In this document: positions 20,614-29,878 of the stretch, piece after piece
Position numbering within the stretch: position 1 is the stretch's first letter
Layout: each line of letters opens with the position of its first letter
Origin: a phage
DNA: 59,223 nt
Strand: one strand, 5' to 3'
Assembly: GCA_025276375.1 (NCBI GenBank)
Contig: GCA_025276375.1_3645.1
The notes under the pieces: generated by a model
What the model was told of the DNA's origin: nothing
The model's database searches: none
Seen by the model: only the letters and a program-made list of their open reading frames with translations
Made by a program: the position numbers and the translations under genes

Positions 20614-20832
20614 TCACAGATCTCCAACAACTTCCCAAATACCCCAGTGAGCATCTACATCCTTGATAAAGTATCTTTCTCCACGGTTTGTCCACACACC
20701 TACCCCAACTTTACCATCTATCCCATTGTATACATCTGCCTCATACTCTTTGCCCGGTGTAAAGTGTACACCCATCATAAGGGCTGTTATTCCGTTAGGA
20801 TTTTTAAATTTAACAAATTTTACTTTGCTCAT
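20614..20832 (-). CDS. hypothetical protein (72 aa)
   Basis: ATG with AAGGA SD. Confidence 0.45.
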   Translation of the reverse strand: MSKVKFVKFKNPNGITALMMGVHFTPGKEYEADVYNGIDGKVGVGVWTNRGERYFIKDVDAHWGIWEVVGDL

Positions 20833-20833
20833 A

Positions 20834-21163
20834 TTACTTAATCCTTGCAGTTACAGTAGCGCTATACCCCATATAGTTATGAGACATAAAGAATGTAAGC
20901 CCTTTAAGTTCAGGATTCTTTCTAAGAAATCGTTTCAATTTTCGAATGCAATTAACACCATGATCATAGTTTGAGAAATTAAATTTAATACCCTGCTCCA
21001 TCATAGTGCACACTTCTTCATGGGTATGCCATTGTCTATCGTGGTCACAAAACCAGTAACCAATACCTTCTTTTTCTTGGATATGCAACCCCCAAAATAC
21101 TTTATGCATTGGATATTTTGGTTTTCTACCATGATAATGTAGTTTAATATTCACATGTGCCAT
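20834..21163 (-). CDS. hypothetical protein (109 aa)
   Basis: ATG with GGAG SD; His/Cys-rich. Confidence 0.45.
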   Translation of the reverse strand: MAHVNIKLHYHGRKPKYPMHKVFWGLHIQEKEGIGYWFCDHDRQWHTHEEVCTMMEQGIKFNFSNYDHGVNCIRKLKRFLRKNPELKGLTFFMSHNYMGYSATVTARIK

Positions 21164-21196
21164 TTTTTGTTACTCCGTTCTGTATCTGTGATAATG

Positions 21197-21226
21197 AGAA
21201 TAGCAAACTGGGGTGTGTGCTGTCAA
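21197..21226 (-). promoter_or_regulatory. possible sigma70-like promoter on minus strand (TTGACA-N18-TATTCT)
   Basis: read as reverse complement of 21197-21226; 18-nt spacer is suboptimal. Confidence 0.3.
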
Positions 21227-21332
21227 CAACATTTTTTAAGCGTTTTGGGGAAGTTTTTTGAAAGGTGGGTGTAATCACAAGAGAGGGTGGAGTTATTGAA
21301 GGCACAGGCCTCGTTTGAGGCCTTAAATTCTA

Positions 21333-21713
21333 TTATGACACTTTGACATAGCGCTCTGACAAAGCTGGGAAGCCAAAAGCAGTACCTATACTACCGTACG
21401 CTACCCACCATTGAAGTTCATCGTGACACCATTTTCCGATCAGGAAGGTGCTGGGGTAGCGGGTCAGTATTTTGGCATAAGCTTTAGGGTCTGCATCTTC
21501 TGGGATAATGATACTTGGAACATCTTTGTTATGACCACAGCAGCAGTTTAGAGTTTTCAATCCTGCCGCCCATAGACTCATGATAGGCTTAACCATGCAC
21601 TTATCAAGGCACACACGTTTTTTGCCGTCACGGAGCTTTTTAGGCACATCAACGATAACATTTTGATGCTTGGCACCTTTCACTTTCCAATTATAGGATT
21701 TACACTTGCACAT
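21333..21713 (-). CDS. Cys-rich hypothetical protein (126 aa)
   Basis: ATG with GGAG SD; 'CKCK', 'CLDKC', 'NCCCGH' clusters. Confidence 0.45.
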   Translation of the reverse strand: MCKCKSYNWKVKGAKHQNVIVDVPKKLRDGKKRVCLDKCMVKPIMSLWAAGLKTLNCCCGHNKDVPSIIIPEDADPKAYAKILTRYPSTFLIGKWCHDELQWWVAYGSIGTAFGFPALSERYVKVS

Positions 21714-21733
21714 TTAATCAGTCTCCATCTAGA

Positions 21734-21904
21734 AAGCAATACTTTACTTAAAATCTTTGTCACCTATTACGATTGCACGAATCCACTCATTGTGATGTTC
21801 AATGGCGGCAAGGCGTAACATAATGCAGTGATTGTCATTACTAAACACGGTGCGGTAAGCTTTAGCAGCACCATGATATAACTTCCACATCAGGTAATGA
21901 TATC
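21734..21904 (-). CDS. small ORF (56 aa), not in supplied ORF track
   Basis: hand-translated: MRRRYHYLMWKLYHGAAKAY...GDKDFK; GGAG 9 nt upstream; fills an otherwise empty 200-nt gap. Confidence 0.3.
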
Positions 21905-21919
21905 TTCGCCTCATGGCTC

Positions 21920-22384
21920 TTACTCCGGTTCAGGATCTGGGTAATCTTCAATAATAAAAGGCCATCCGTTCCGCTTAGCCTCAGACTTATACTCGATCTC
22001 CTTCATTGCAAACTCTAACTGATTTTTAGCCGGAATACATGCCGGAGAATCATCAATCCAAATATCTGGGTAGATATCAAACTGCGCCAGATAGGCTGCC
22101 TTCTGAACACCTCCAGTATAAAACACACCAACATCAAGCTCCTTGCGCCAATACTCAATGTCTACATTGTCTTGAGTAATGAATCGGAAAGTCACAAGGT
22201 AGACTGTCCACCCCTCCTTCTTCAGATCCCTGATCAGGCGGGAGAAGATGAAAGGGCTCGCATTAAATGTTCCATCAAAGTCAATGGCAATGATGTGTGT
22301 GCCGTGGCGTGTCTCATATGGATTGCTTGTGGTAAGATTGCTGTAGTTAAAAGGGACCTCTTCCCCGCAGTAGCTGTAGTCCAT
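21920..22384 (-). CDS. HAD-superfamily hydrolase (nucleotidase/phosphatase-like)
   Basis: 'IIAIDFDGTF' (HAD motif I DxDGT) and 'IWIDDS' (motif IV); start moved to ATG 22384 with GAAGG SD (ORF track gives GTG 22390). Confidence 0.5.
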   Translation of the reverse strand: MDYSYCGEEVPFNYSNLTTSNPYETRHGTHIIAIDFDGTFNASPFIFSRLIRDLKKEGWTVYLVTFRFITQDNVDIEYWRKELDVGVFYTGGVQKAAYLAQFDIYPDIWIDDSPACIPAKNQLEFAMKEIEYKSEAKRNGWPFIIEDYPDPEPE

Positions 22385-22386
22385 AT

Positions 22387-22662
22387 TCACACCTTCTCGT
22401 TGATAAATTTACGGGCGGTTTGGTGAGTTGTTTCTGCTGTCTTCAGAATGATATTAATTTTATCGTCAAGATCATTCATCTCAGCAGTTAATTCAGGAAT
22501 CTCTCCGGCATGCATGGTGAAATCATACATAGACATGCCCAGAATCTCATTGATTCGGCGGTTGCATTCTGCAGCACGCTGGTTCATTTTCCAAGCCAAC
22601 ACCAGAGCCTCTTGCGTAGCCTCCAGTGCAAAGTCTAATACGTCAGCTTCTTCTTTCGTCAT
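22387..22662 (-). CDS. hypothetical protein (91 aa)
   Basis: ORF with ATG; weak SD. Confidence 0.4.
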   Translation of the reverse strand: MTKEEADVLDFALEATQEALVLAWKMNQRAAECNRRINEILGMSMYDFTMHAGEIPELTAEMNDLDDKINIILKTAETTHQTARKFINEKV

Positions 22663-22717
22663 CTCAGTCTCTCTTGTTGTATTGTTAGTAGGTGCATGAA
22701 CACCTTATATCTCACTT

Positions 22718-23284
22718 TTATTCAAACTGCAATAGCAAGTCCACCACCGCGCTAGGTCTGTCAACAAATTCCCCAGGTCCACATGCCCACAGAGGGTATC
22801 CGTCCACATACCGCCAAATCCAACCTGCAGTGTGGAGTTCGAGCAGGGCAGTACCGTCCTTACTGTCAACCACTCTTTCCCACAGTGTTGGGCAGCGAAG
22901 CTTGAGAATCGGATCACCTCCCTTATACCCGTCCATGTAGATACCCATTGCAAAGTTCAGCATCATCTTTTTGTGCACTGATCTCTTACTGAGGGTGCTC
23001 ATCACTTCCTCTTTGTGAATGTTTGTAAGCTTCTCTTTGGCTACCCGCAGATCGTTGCAACCATTGTTCAGAAGATCTTCCAGGCACTTGATCCGAAGGT
23101 CGTGAATGTCTTTGTCGTGTACCGTTGGCACAGGGTCGTAGCGGTATAGCACTGTTGATACAAGATTGCTCGGGTGTGGGTCTGACAGCAACCCATAACC
23201 CCAATACTCTTCTGTATCTGAAAGGACAAGACACCCAATATCTCTGTCAAGCTTTCCTGTGTTGTAAGCCACATTGACAGCCAT
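22718..23284 (-). CDS. hypothetical protein (188 aa)
   Basis: ATG with GGAG SD. Confidence 0.45.
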   Translation of the reverse strand: MAVNVAYNTGKLDRDIGCLVLSDTEEYWGYGLLSDPHPSNLVSTVLYRYDPVPTVHDKDIHDLRIKCLEDLLNNGCNDLRVAKEKLTNIHKEEVMSTLSKRSVHKKMMLNFAMGIYMDGYKGGDPILKLRCPTLWERVVDSKDGTALLELHTAGWIWRYVDGYPLWACGPGEFVDRPSAVVDLLLQFE

Positions 23285-23286
23285 GG

Positions 23287-23532
23287 CTATAGCTCCACTA
23301 GCAAAGTGCTTTCAAAGTGCCGTTCATGCAAACCGTTGTAAGGGACCACTTCTACAACGCCATCACGGACATATGGGGCCATCATGGTGGTATAATCTCC
23401 AAACGGGTTGGTATTGTCACTAACCACAACCACCTTCTGCCCTTCCTTGGCAGAGTGCCAAATAGATCTGCACTTCATCAGGTGTTCGAGAGCTCCAGGT
23501 AAAATTTTGTTACGTTCTTTACGGGTCTTCAT
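23287..23532 (-). CDS. hypothetical protein (81 aa)
   Basis: ATG; AAGGAG 11 nt upstream. Confidence 0.4.
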   Translation of the reverse strand: MKTRKERNKILPGALEHLMKCRSIWHSAKEGQKVVVVSDNTNPFGDYTTMMAPYVRDGVVEVVPYNGLHERHFESTLLVEL

Positions 23533-23978
23533 AACAGATATAGCTCCTTATGAAAGTGGTCTTTTAATTTCTCACTGAGAAACTTCTTGATACCTTCCTC
23601 TAAAGTGTTTTCGATGTAGTCCAGCTTAACTGCCTCGATGGACATATCATAGATCGCCAGCTCTAAGCTGTCAAGTCCCATCATAGCATGAACCATAAGA
23701 TTTTCATCTTCAGATACATTCAGGGGACTCCCTATAACATCTGTAGGTAGGATAGTTTCCCAATTATTCTGGGGGGTAGTTCTCCCGCCATCCACTTTAC
23801 GGCGCAGTTCGAAGGTGTTTTTAGTGTAGAACACTTCATAGGAAACGATACGACTGTCGCTCTCATAATAAACGAAGTTCAGGTAGGAGCCTAGCCGCAG
23901 TCGGCAAACTTCTACCCCAAACCATTGTTTCTTATAAGAATTCAGGCTAATGCTGTCGCATTCACGCTTGCTCAACAC
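23529..23978 (-). CDS. hypothetical protein (149 aa)
   Basis: GTG start 6 nt after AAGGAG. Confidence 0.45.
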   Translation of the reverse strand: MLSKRECDSISLNSYKKQWFGVEVCRLRLGSYLNFVYYESDSRIVSYEVFYTKNTFELRRKVDGGRTTPQNNWETILPTDVIGSPLNVSEDENLMVHAMMGLDSLELAIYDMSIEAVKLDYIENTLEEGIKKFLSEKLKDHFHKELYLL

Positions 23979-23994
23979 GGCTATCTCCTTTTTG

Positions 23995-24228
23995 TTAATC
24001 TTCGTAAATCAGGATTTCTGCTTTAGGTTTTCGTGCTTTCAGGTCCAGCTCTATCCAGTGCACCATAGCTGTTTCAAGAAAAACAGCTTGGATGCATCCG
24101 TCCTCAGCGTGCCCCACCAACATAACAAGATCTTCACATTCGTCATCTGCATCACGAACATACAGAATCTCTCCAGATTCAAAGTCTTTCACAACCTGAT
24201 TGCTGGATAATTTACGAATTTTTGCCAT
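23995..24228 (-). CDS. hypothetical protein (77 aa)
   Basis: ATG with AGAGGG SD. Confidence 0.4.
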   Translation of the reverse strand: MAKIRKLSSNQVVKDFESGEILYVRDADDECEDLVMLVGHAEDGCIQAVFLETAMVHWIELDLKARKPKAEILIYED

Positions 24229-24229
24229 A

Positions 24230-24493
24230 TCAGAAACCCTCTAAAAAGCTCTTGTAGAAAATAATTTCAGTGTCCACACCTGTCACGATCTTATCGTTTC
24301 GGATCTCATCTGTGAGGTAGGTATCGAAACGTAGTACTTGTGTAGTATTGTCACACATCCACTCAGCTGTGACCATTGCGAAAATCTTAGCATCTTCATT
24401 ATCTGGTGTGAATGTTACCACCTCGCCGCACTTAAACTTTTCGATAGGTTGAGTGTTAGCTTTCGGTTCTGCGATAGTGATTTTCGTGGTCAT
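24230..24493 (-). CDS. hypothetical protein (87 aa)
   Basis: ATG with GGAGGAAGAG SD. Confidence 0.45.
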   Translation of the reverse strand: MTTKITIAEPKANTQPIEKFKCGEVVTFTPDNEDAKIFAMVTAEWMCDNTTQVLRFDTYLTDEIRNDKIVTGVDTEIIFYKSFLEGF

Positions 24494-24750
24494 TACTCTT
24501 CCTCCATAGTTTCACCAAATACTTCGATACGAGCATCGAGCTCGGTTGCTTTCAGCTCCCCAACAAAATATTTTAGTTCTTTCTCTTCCAGATCGTAAGC
24601 CCACACACAAGAAGAACATGCAGATTTCACAATCAGCAGCGTAGATACACGACCTGACTCTGTGATCATGCTCACAATGGTTCCCACAGGGAACGTGTTG
24701 ATAGCTTTTTTAACTGGGCGTTCAGCTTTAATTACTACCTCTGTTGCCAT
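24493..24750 (-). CDS. hypothetical protein (85 aa)
   Basis: start moved to ATG 24750 (GAGAGGA SD at 8 nt); ORF-track start 24759 has no spacer. Confidence 0.4.
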   Translation of the reverse strand: MATEVVIKAERPVKKAINTFPVGTIVSMITESGRVSTLLIVKSACSSCVWAYDLEEKELKYFVGELKATELDARIEVFGETMEEE

Positions 24751-24765
24751 AAATAACATCCTCTC

Positions 24766-26226
24766 TTACTTAGCGTACTCGATTAATTCCACAGTTTTCC
24801 CAAAGCTCGGGATATAATTTTTATTATACCCTTCAGTGAGAACCCATAAAGTATCGTACTTTTTCCACTTGTTGTCAACAGCCTTTTGTTCAAAGTTATG
24901 CTCAAAGTATAGGTCGGTCAGGACGATGACATCTTTCGCATTCGGTATGTTGGCATCCAGATACTCGAACACGCAAGCAGCTGTTGTGCCCCATGTTGAG
25001 TGGACCTCATAGTTGATCATTTCGTCTATGTTGCCGCGAGTATATACTTTAACCTCTCCGACTTCAGTTGACCAACAGAACATTGTAACCTTAAACTCTT
25101 TGTACAGATTGCACAATCCGGTGATTTCATTGAACATTTTCTTTAAAGTTCTTTGAGAGATCGAGCCAGAAACGTCTAAAGCCACCACAATATCTATAGT
25201 GTTTTCCGGATTACGACCAGGAACAATAACGTGCTGGTTCTTGTTTATAGCCCCAACTTTTCGCATTGTGCTGGTCAAAGATCCAGATCGACGACCAGGT
25301 TTTCTGTAGGTCAGTTCAGCCTTTCGTTTAGACAACATGCGTTGCTTAATGATGTCTATATAGTTGATTACAGGCTTACCTCTGTTCTTGACAAACTCAC
25401 GCACCGCCTCAGGGCAACGGCCTCCGGACGCTTGCATTGCTGCCTCCAGCATATCACCAGAGTCCTGCATGGCCTGATCTTTATCAGATTGGCTGATTAC
25501 AGGTTGTGGCTGATCATACCCCATAGCCTTTCCAAGATTATCACTGGTGCCACCGTTCCCACTCATGTGATCATCGGTTTGTCGCTTATCACCTTGAGAG
25601 TTCTCACCTTTACCGTTCTTACTTTTACCACTATTCTGATCTCTTTGCTTATCAAGAACTGCATAGACGTTCTCAGCAATCCATCCATGAAACCTCATGT
25701 CGCAGTAGCAGCTGGCTAAGAAACCAAAAGGTTTACCTTTTACGAACGTAGTGCTTTTCCCTTTTGGGAAGAAAACACAAGGAGGCTTGCTAAAGTCAAC
25801 CACAAGGCCTGTGTTGATGACGTGATCACAAGCAATGTTGAACAGTTCCGGTTCAAAGCTTTTACCACGGACCAGGTGATCACAGATAATATGTCCCACC
25901 TCATGTGACAGAAGAAAGGCCACCTCTTTCACAGATTTGGGGGAATAGAAAACCTCAGCCATCTCAAACTGCCCGTCAGTTAGAGAAGCCTTAAGAATAG
26001 CCTTGCGTTCATCAGCCAACCCCATAATGAACTCAGGACTGTAATAGATGCGTTTATGGTCGGTTGCCATGGTGGAGCACCATGTGTGGTTTTCTACGAA
26101 CTGCAACCCTGACAGTAGCGTGCCATAAAACGGCAGCTTTTCAAGAAGATACATACGTGCAGCTTGCAACATTCTCAGGGCATCATCTTTCTGTGAGGCA
26201 ATGATTTCTGAACTTCTGCTATCCAT
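24766..26226 (-). CDS. zincin-like metallopeptidase / von Willebrand factor A domain protein
   Basis: 'HEVGHIICDH' (HExxH) in N-terminal half; 'VVALDVSGSIS' (MIDAS DxSxS) in C-terminal half; start moved to ATG 26226 (GGAG at 5 nt) because ATG 26247 lies in a hairpin loop without SD. Confidence 0.65.
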   Translation of the reverse strand: MDSRSSEIIASQKDDALRMLQAARMYLLEKLPFYGTLLSGLQFVENHTWCSTMATDHKRIYYSPEFIMGLADERKAILKASLTDGQFEMAEVFYSPKSVKEVAFLLSHEVGHIICDHLVRGKSFEPELFNIACDHVINTGLVVDFSKPPCVFFPKGKSTTFVKGKPFGFLASCYCDMRFHGWIAENVYAVLDKQRDQNSGKSKNGKGENSQGDKRQTDDHMSGNGGTSDNLGKAMGYDQPQPVISQSDKDQAMQDSGDMLEAAMQASGGRCPEAVREFVKNRGKPVINYIDIIKQRMLSKRKAELTYRKPGRRSGSLTSTMRKVGAINKNQHVIVPGRNPENTIDIVVALDVSGSISQRTLKKMFNEITGLCNLYKEFKVTMFCWSTEVGEVKVYTRGNIDEMINYEVHSTWGTTAACVFEYLDANIPNAKDVIVLTDLYFEHNFEQKAVDNKWKKYDTLWVLTEGYNKNYIPSFGKTVELIEYAK

Positions 26227-26259
26227 TAAAACTCCAGAAGGGGCCATTGGCCCCTGTCA

Positions 26260-27237
26260 TTATTTAACGTGTTTGAAAATACCTGCCAACTCGGTCATTG
26301 TCATGCGGGTGGTCTTCATAAGATCTGTCATAGCTTTCTCCATAAGTGGAGATACTACCATAAAGTTTCCTTTAGTGAAACCTTTATTCCAGTCGGTCAC
26401 CAACAGTGGTTTAAGTCCAGCTCCGAGACGTTCACCAGTTAAAGCACAGCATTTGCGAATATACGAACTCTTAAATTGGCTGAACGACAGATCAACTTTC
26501 ATACCTGCATCGTAGAACGTTTGACAATAGAAAGTGTAAGCCTTAGCAATCTCAACATCATCAGGCAGTGCAGGAACTTCTTCTGCAATACCCTCTTCGA
26601 CCTCCTGAGGATCTTTTTCCTCTTCAGAGTTCTGTTCTTCAATTTCTTCTGTCACAGTCTCGTTTACGATGTCTGAAATGTGTTTGTTGGCTGCACGATC
26701 AGCCATGAAATTTTTAAAGTCCTGCATTGGTGACATATCTTCCTCCTCTTCGTCAAATAGTGCTAGTTTATCTTCTTCTGTCCCGTATTGCAAGATGAAA
26801 TCTTCAAAAGTATAATCACCTTTCAATTTCTCCATACGCTCTTCGCTCAGGTGGAGCATCATCTGCTGGACAATTTTTCGATCAGTTTTGTCTTTTATCA
26901 AGATTGCAGTCTTTTTATCTACCAGACAGTCCTTCAGAGCGTTGCACCTCAATCCCACCACACAACAATTATCAATTGAGTAAGGACCTTCATCATCTAT
27001 CCGCTCCAGAGATGGATAGAAAGGATTTCCCAGCCCGTTTTCATCTGTGTGCATGTCAAAAGGTATAAGGGTGTAATCGCACACTCCATCTCCTAAAAGT
27101 TTTTTACCAAATAGGAGGTATTCTTCCCATGACAGGTTGAACTCTATATCCCGTTTCCGTGCATTATTCTGTTTGCGTCTATATTTTTTGAGCAGGCGCT
27201 CTAACTCTTCTGGTGTATAATATTTTTCAAGATTCAT
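26260..27237 (-). CDS. hypothetical protein with degenerate HNH-like modules and acidic linker
   Basis: 'ERIDDEGPYSIDNCCVVGLRCNALK' resembles an HNH core with His replaced; Glu-rich central region; start set to ATG 27237 because ORF-track TTG 27303 lies upstream of the inferred promoter. Confidence 0.4.
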   Translation of the reverse strand: MNLEKYYTPEELERLLKKYRRKQNNARKRDIEFNLSWEEYLLFGKKLLGDGVCDYTLIPFDMHTDENGLGNPFYPSLERIDDEGPYSIDNCCVVGLRCNALKDCLVDKKTAILIKDKTDRKIVQQMMLHLSEERMEKLKGDYTFEDFILQYGTEEDKLALFDEEEEDMSPMQDFKNFMADRAANKHISDIVNETVTEEIEEQNSEEEKDPQEVEEGIAEEVPALPDDVEIAKAYTFYCQTFYDAGMKVDLSFSQFKSSYIRKCCALTGERLGAGLKPLLVTDWNKGFTKGNFMVVSPLMEKAMTDLMKTTRMTMTELAGIFKHVK

Positions 27238-27268
27238 GAGTTGTCTCTTGTGCTCTGTAGGTGAAGAA

Positions 27269-27297
27269 ATCTTATCAAGTGCCTCAACAGATGTCAA
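27269..27297 (-). promoter_or_regulatory. sigma70-like promoter for leftward block (TTGACA-N17-TAAGAT on minus strand)
   Basis: reverse complement of 27269-27297; positioned about 30 nt upstream of ATG 27237. Confidence 0.5.
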
Positions 27298-27310
27298 CCT
27301 CAAAAACGTG

Positions 27311-27339
27311 TTGACTTTACCCTAAATCCACGATATAGT
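27311..27339 (+). promoter_or_regulatory. sigma70-like promoter TTGACT-N17-TATAGT for rightward genes
   Basis: -35 at 27311-27316, 17-nt spacer, -10 at 27334-27339; back-to-back with the minus-strand promoter. Confidence 0.6.
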
Positions 27340-27379
27340 GCACCCATTCGAAAGAAAACGAACACAGGAGTACTTAATC

Positions 27380-28279
27380 ATGGCAAATCTTAACAGCTTT
27401 AGCACTCGGTGGAAACAAGATATCACAACCAATCTCTCAGCAGGCGATATCCTTTCTGCAATTTACGAGGCTTTGGATGATAAAGCTACTTCAAAAGCGG
27501 TTTGTACCAACCCACTAATTCCTGTAGTGATGAAGGTTATTGAGCGTAGATTGGTATCTGGGTCTGATAAGTGGACATATTTAGATAATGAAGGACACAC
27601 CTATTCCAATGGGTACGTCGATATAAAAGTAGAATACGCGGTATCATACCGCCGGAGCGGTTCTGTAACTTTCAACTTCTCTGGAGGTTTTCGATCTCTG
27701 GCTACCTCACCTTTTGTTTCCTCAGAGGAGAAGTATGAGCTTCCATTTCTTTGGATGATGGCTAACGCGACAGGAAAAACCCCCGTTAGCATCCGAGTAA
27801 AATACAACTACAACGGATCTAGTAAGATCTATGCCGAGAGTGTCTCAGCAAGTTTTTATTTTGTGATGGGGGATGGAATCCTCAAACATATAAAGATGTG
27901 CGATATGCATGATGTTATAAATGAAGTGACTGATAAGAATGTTCTGGTGAAGGATCTCAACAATTTTTATACACCCGGAGACTATTACGTCAGCCGTCCA
28001 CTGTGCATCTTTAATGCCGCACACCCTCTAGGTGAGTATTTGATCGCCAATAGCGATATTGCCAATAACCGCTTCGAGGTAGCAAGAGTACAGAATGAGG
28101 TATTGACATCTTGCAAGAGCGGTGATAAGTTTACCGAAGAAGAGATGGGTGTTTTAGAAATGATGGGATATAAGTGTAGCCTTTGGGTAGATGAGGTGTT
28201 TAATGATTGCATCTATGGACAGGATATTTACCCATTAAAGAAGTATACTGATTCCAGTTTAATTTACGCGGAGATTTGA
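27380..28279 (+). CDS. hypothetical protein (299 aa)
   Basis: ATG 27380 after AGGAG; ORF-track GTG 27338 overlaps the -10 element and was rejected. Confidence 0.45.
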   Translation: MANLNSFSTRWKQDITTNLSAGDILSAIYEALDDKATSKAVCTNPLIPVVMKVIERRLVSGSDKWTYLDNEGHTYSNGYVDIKVEYAVSYRRSGSVTFNFSGGFRSLATSPFVSSEEKYELPFLWMMANATGKTPVSIRVKYNYNGSSKIYAESVSASFYFVMGDGILKHIKMCDMHDVINEVTDKNVLVKDLNNFYTPGDYYVSRPLCIFNAAHPLGEYLIANSDIANNRFEVARVQNEVLTSCKSGDKFTEEEMGVLEMMGYKCSLWVDEVFNDCIYGQDIYPLKKYTDSSLIYAEI

Positions 28280-28281
28280 CT

Positions 28282-28554
28282 ATGATGAAGTCATGTGGTA
28301 GTGTATATTATGTTGGTGAGAATGTTCAGGCAGATAGTGTGTGGAAATCCATTAAGTCCACCACCGATGATGCCTTTCTGAGCGGGTTATGCTTTCCCAG
28401 CCCAGGGGACACTCTCCCTTACCCTGGAGATTTTGTTGTCAACAAGATGGACGGTTATACCGTGTGCCTGATGGTTGAAAAAATCTTTTTAGACACTAGA
28501 CACAATCACCGTCTTGTGTTAAAATTTCAAGAATGTAAAATGACAATTGCCTAA
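28282..28554 (+). CDS. hypothetical protein (90 aa)
   Basis: ATG with GGAG SD. Confidence 0.4.
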   Translation: MMKSCGSVYYVGENVQADSVWKSIKSTTDDAFLSGLCFPSPGDTLPYPGDFVVNKMDGYTVCLMVEKIFLDTRHNHRLVLKFQECKMTIA

Positions 28555-28567
28555 GGAGACCTTGCCG

Positions 28568-28924
28568 ATGTCTAAAGTTACTTATCGTGCAGCTATTTAC
28601 TGCAATGAACACCCAATCTATAATGATGGTCACTGCCTTTTTAAAGAAAATCAATTGGGCTGTATTGTCCTCCCTGATGAAGGTGAAGGTTATCTGATTG
28701 CGTTGACAGGGTTTGAACCTGAAGCTCTGGAAGCCAATCTTGACTACCTGGTAGAAGAGGGTGCTGCAGACCTGGTTGCCAATGGCCTATCCGTAAGCCT
28801 TGATGAAGTGGAGCGCTTCATGGGCAATTACCGTGTAGTGCGTGAGTTTACTATCGAGGTGGAAACTCCAGAGTGGGGTAGCACTGAAACTAATGCCGAA
28901 GAAAAAGAAGAGGAGGTAGAATAA
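28568..28924 (+). CDS. hypothetical protein with acidic C-terminus
   Basis: ATG 28568, AAGGAG at 9 nt. Confidence 0.45.
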   Translation: MSKVTYRAAIYCNEHPIYNDGHCLFKENQLGCIVLPDEGEGYLIALTGFEPEALEANLDYLVEEGAADLVANGLSVSLDEVERFMGNYRVVREFTIEVETPEWGSTETNAEEKEEEVE

Positions 28925-29181
28925 TGAAAGTGCAGATCTTGACTAATGCCGAGAAGATGTTTATTGAAGATACACCTTTTGAAGCTGGTGAGCTACAGTT
29001 CGTTTATTTTGTTGACTTAGATAAGGTGTTCCCTGCACTGAATCTGGGTCTGGATGAAGTTCCTCATAAGGTTTTGTGCCAAGTTGTTCGTGCCTTAGCG
29101 GCAGAGGGGGAGTTCCACACCCTTCAAGATATCCAGACCTACGGGTATCTTGAACTACAACGAGAAGAAGAGGTGGACTGA
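28924..29181 (+). CDS. hypothetical protein (85 aa)
   Basis: ATG overlapping upstream stop. Confidence 0.4.
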   Translation: MKVQILTNAEKMFIEDTPFEAGELQFVYFVDLDKVFPALNLGLDEVPHKVLCQVVRALAAEGEFHTLQDIQTYGYLELQREEEVD

Positions 29182-29183
29182 TA

Positions 29184-29564
29184 ATGGCTCAGTGGAAGAC
29201 AACAGTTGACCTTCATGATCAGTGGTTAGGACGCATCACTGAAGACGGGAAGTTAGTTGAGTGGGACAATAAGCATGTTAGCGAGTTGGCAAGTATTGTG
29301 GCTGGCAAGTTACGATCCAAGTTCCCTGAACAACTGGATCCTGATAGTTCAAAGTTCGATCCTGAGTTGGAGGATGTTGTATACTACTTCGACACCGTGG
29401 ATGACTACGATGCGTGGTTTGCAGCACGGGAGCTTTACCCACAAGGATCTGCTATGCGCCAGATGGAAGAAGATTATCCTCCGTGCGAGCAATTCAATAG
29501 TGCAATGACTTGCCTCTACGATTGGGCAGATAAGAACCTTGTCTGGATTCGGACTGCATTTTAG
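29184..29564 (+). CDS. hypothetical protein (126 aa)
   Basis: ORF with ATG. Confidence 0.4.
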   Translation: MAQWKTTVDLHDQWLGRITEDGKLVEWDNKHVSELASIVAGKLRSKFPEQLDPDSSKFDPELEDVVYYFDTVDDYDAWFAARELYPQGSAMRQMEEDYPPCEQFNSAMTCLYDWADKNLVWIRTAF

Positions 29565-29608
29565 TGGGCAGGAATGGCGGCAAGGATGCTGCTTAAGGAG
29601 TAGTAGAG

Positions 29609-29878
29609 ATGTTATACCAGCAATATGAACTTCGTGCAGAAAAAGAGTTAAATTTTGACAAAGATATTCACAGATATTATTATGGGAAAGTTAGAGGGCA
29701 AGCAAGAAAGTGTACTCCAACACTCTTTTATGCCAGCAGACGACTAGCGCCAGAAGAGGCAACAGCAGAAAGGGTTGCGTACAACTGGAGAGTCACGTAT
29801 GATATTGACAGATCCGATGTGATATCTGTTTTGGAAAACTTTGAAAACACTTACACACAAGTAGAGGACTTTTACTAA
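29609..29878 (+). CDS. hypothetical protein (89 aa)
   Basis: ATG with AAGGAG SD. Confidence 0.4.
   Translation: MLYQQYELRAEKELNFDKDIHRYYYGKVRGQARKCTPTLFYASRRLAPEEATAERVAYNWRVTYDIDRSDVISVLENFENTYTQVEDFY

Noticed and set aside
21306-21323. AGGCCTC-GTTT-GAGGCCT hairpin as terminator for the minus-strand gene 21333-21713
   Set aside because: No U-tract on the minus-strand transcript downstream of the stem; could be a weak or factor-dependent site but the evidence is insufficient.
26239-26255. ATG at 26247 as start of the VWA/zincin gene
   Set aside because: The codon sits in the loop of a GGGGCC-ATT-GGCCCC hairpin with only 3-nt spacing from a G-run; ATG 26226 has GGAG at 5 nt and was preferred.
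27338-27379. ORF-track GTG start at 27338 for the 27380 gene (similarly GTG 39525, ATG 46026, TTG 47532)
   Set aside because: These extended starts overlap promoter -10 elements, a terminator hairpin or upstream coding sequence and lack SD; the downstream SD-supported start was used.
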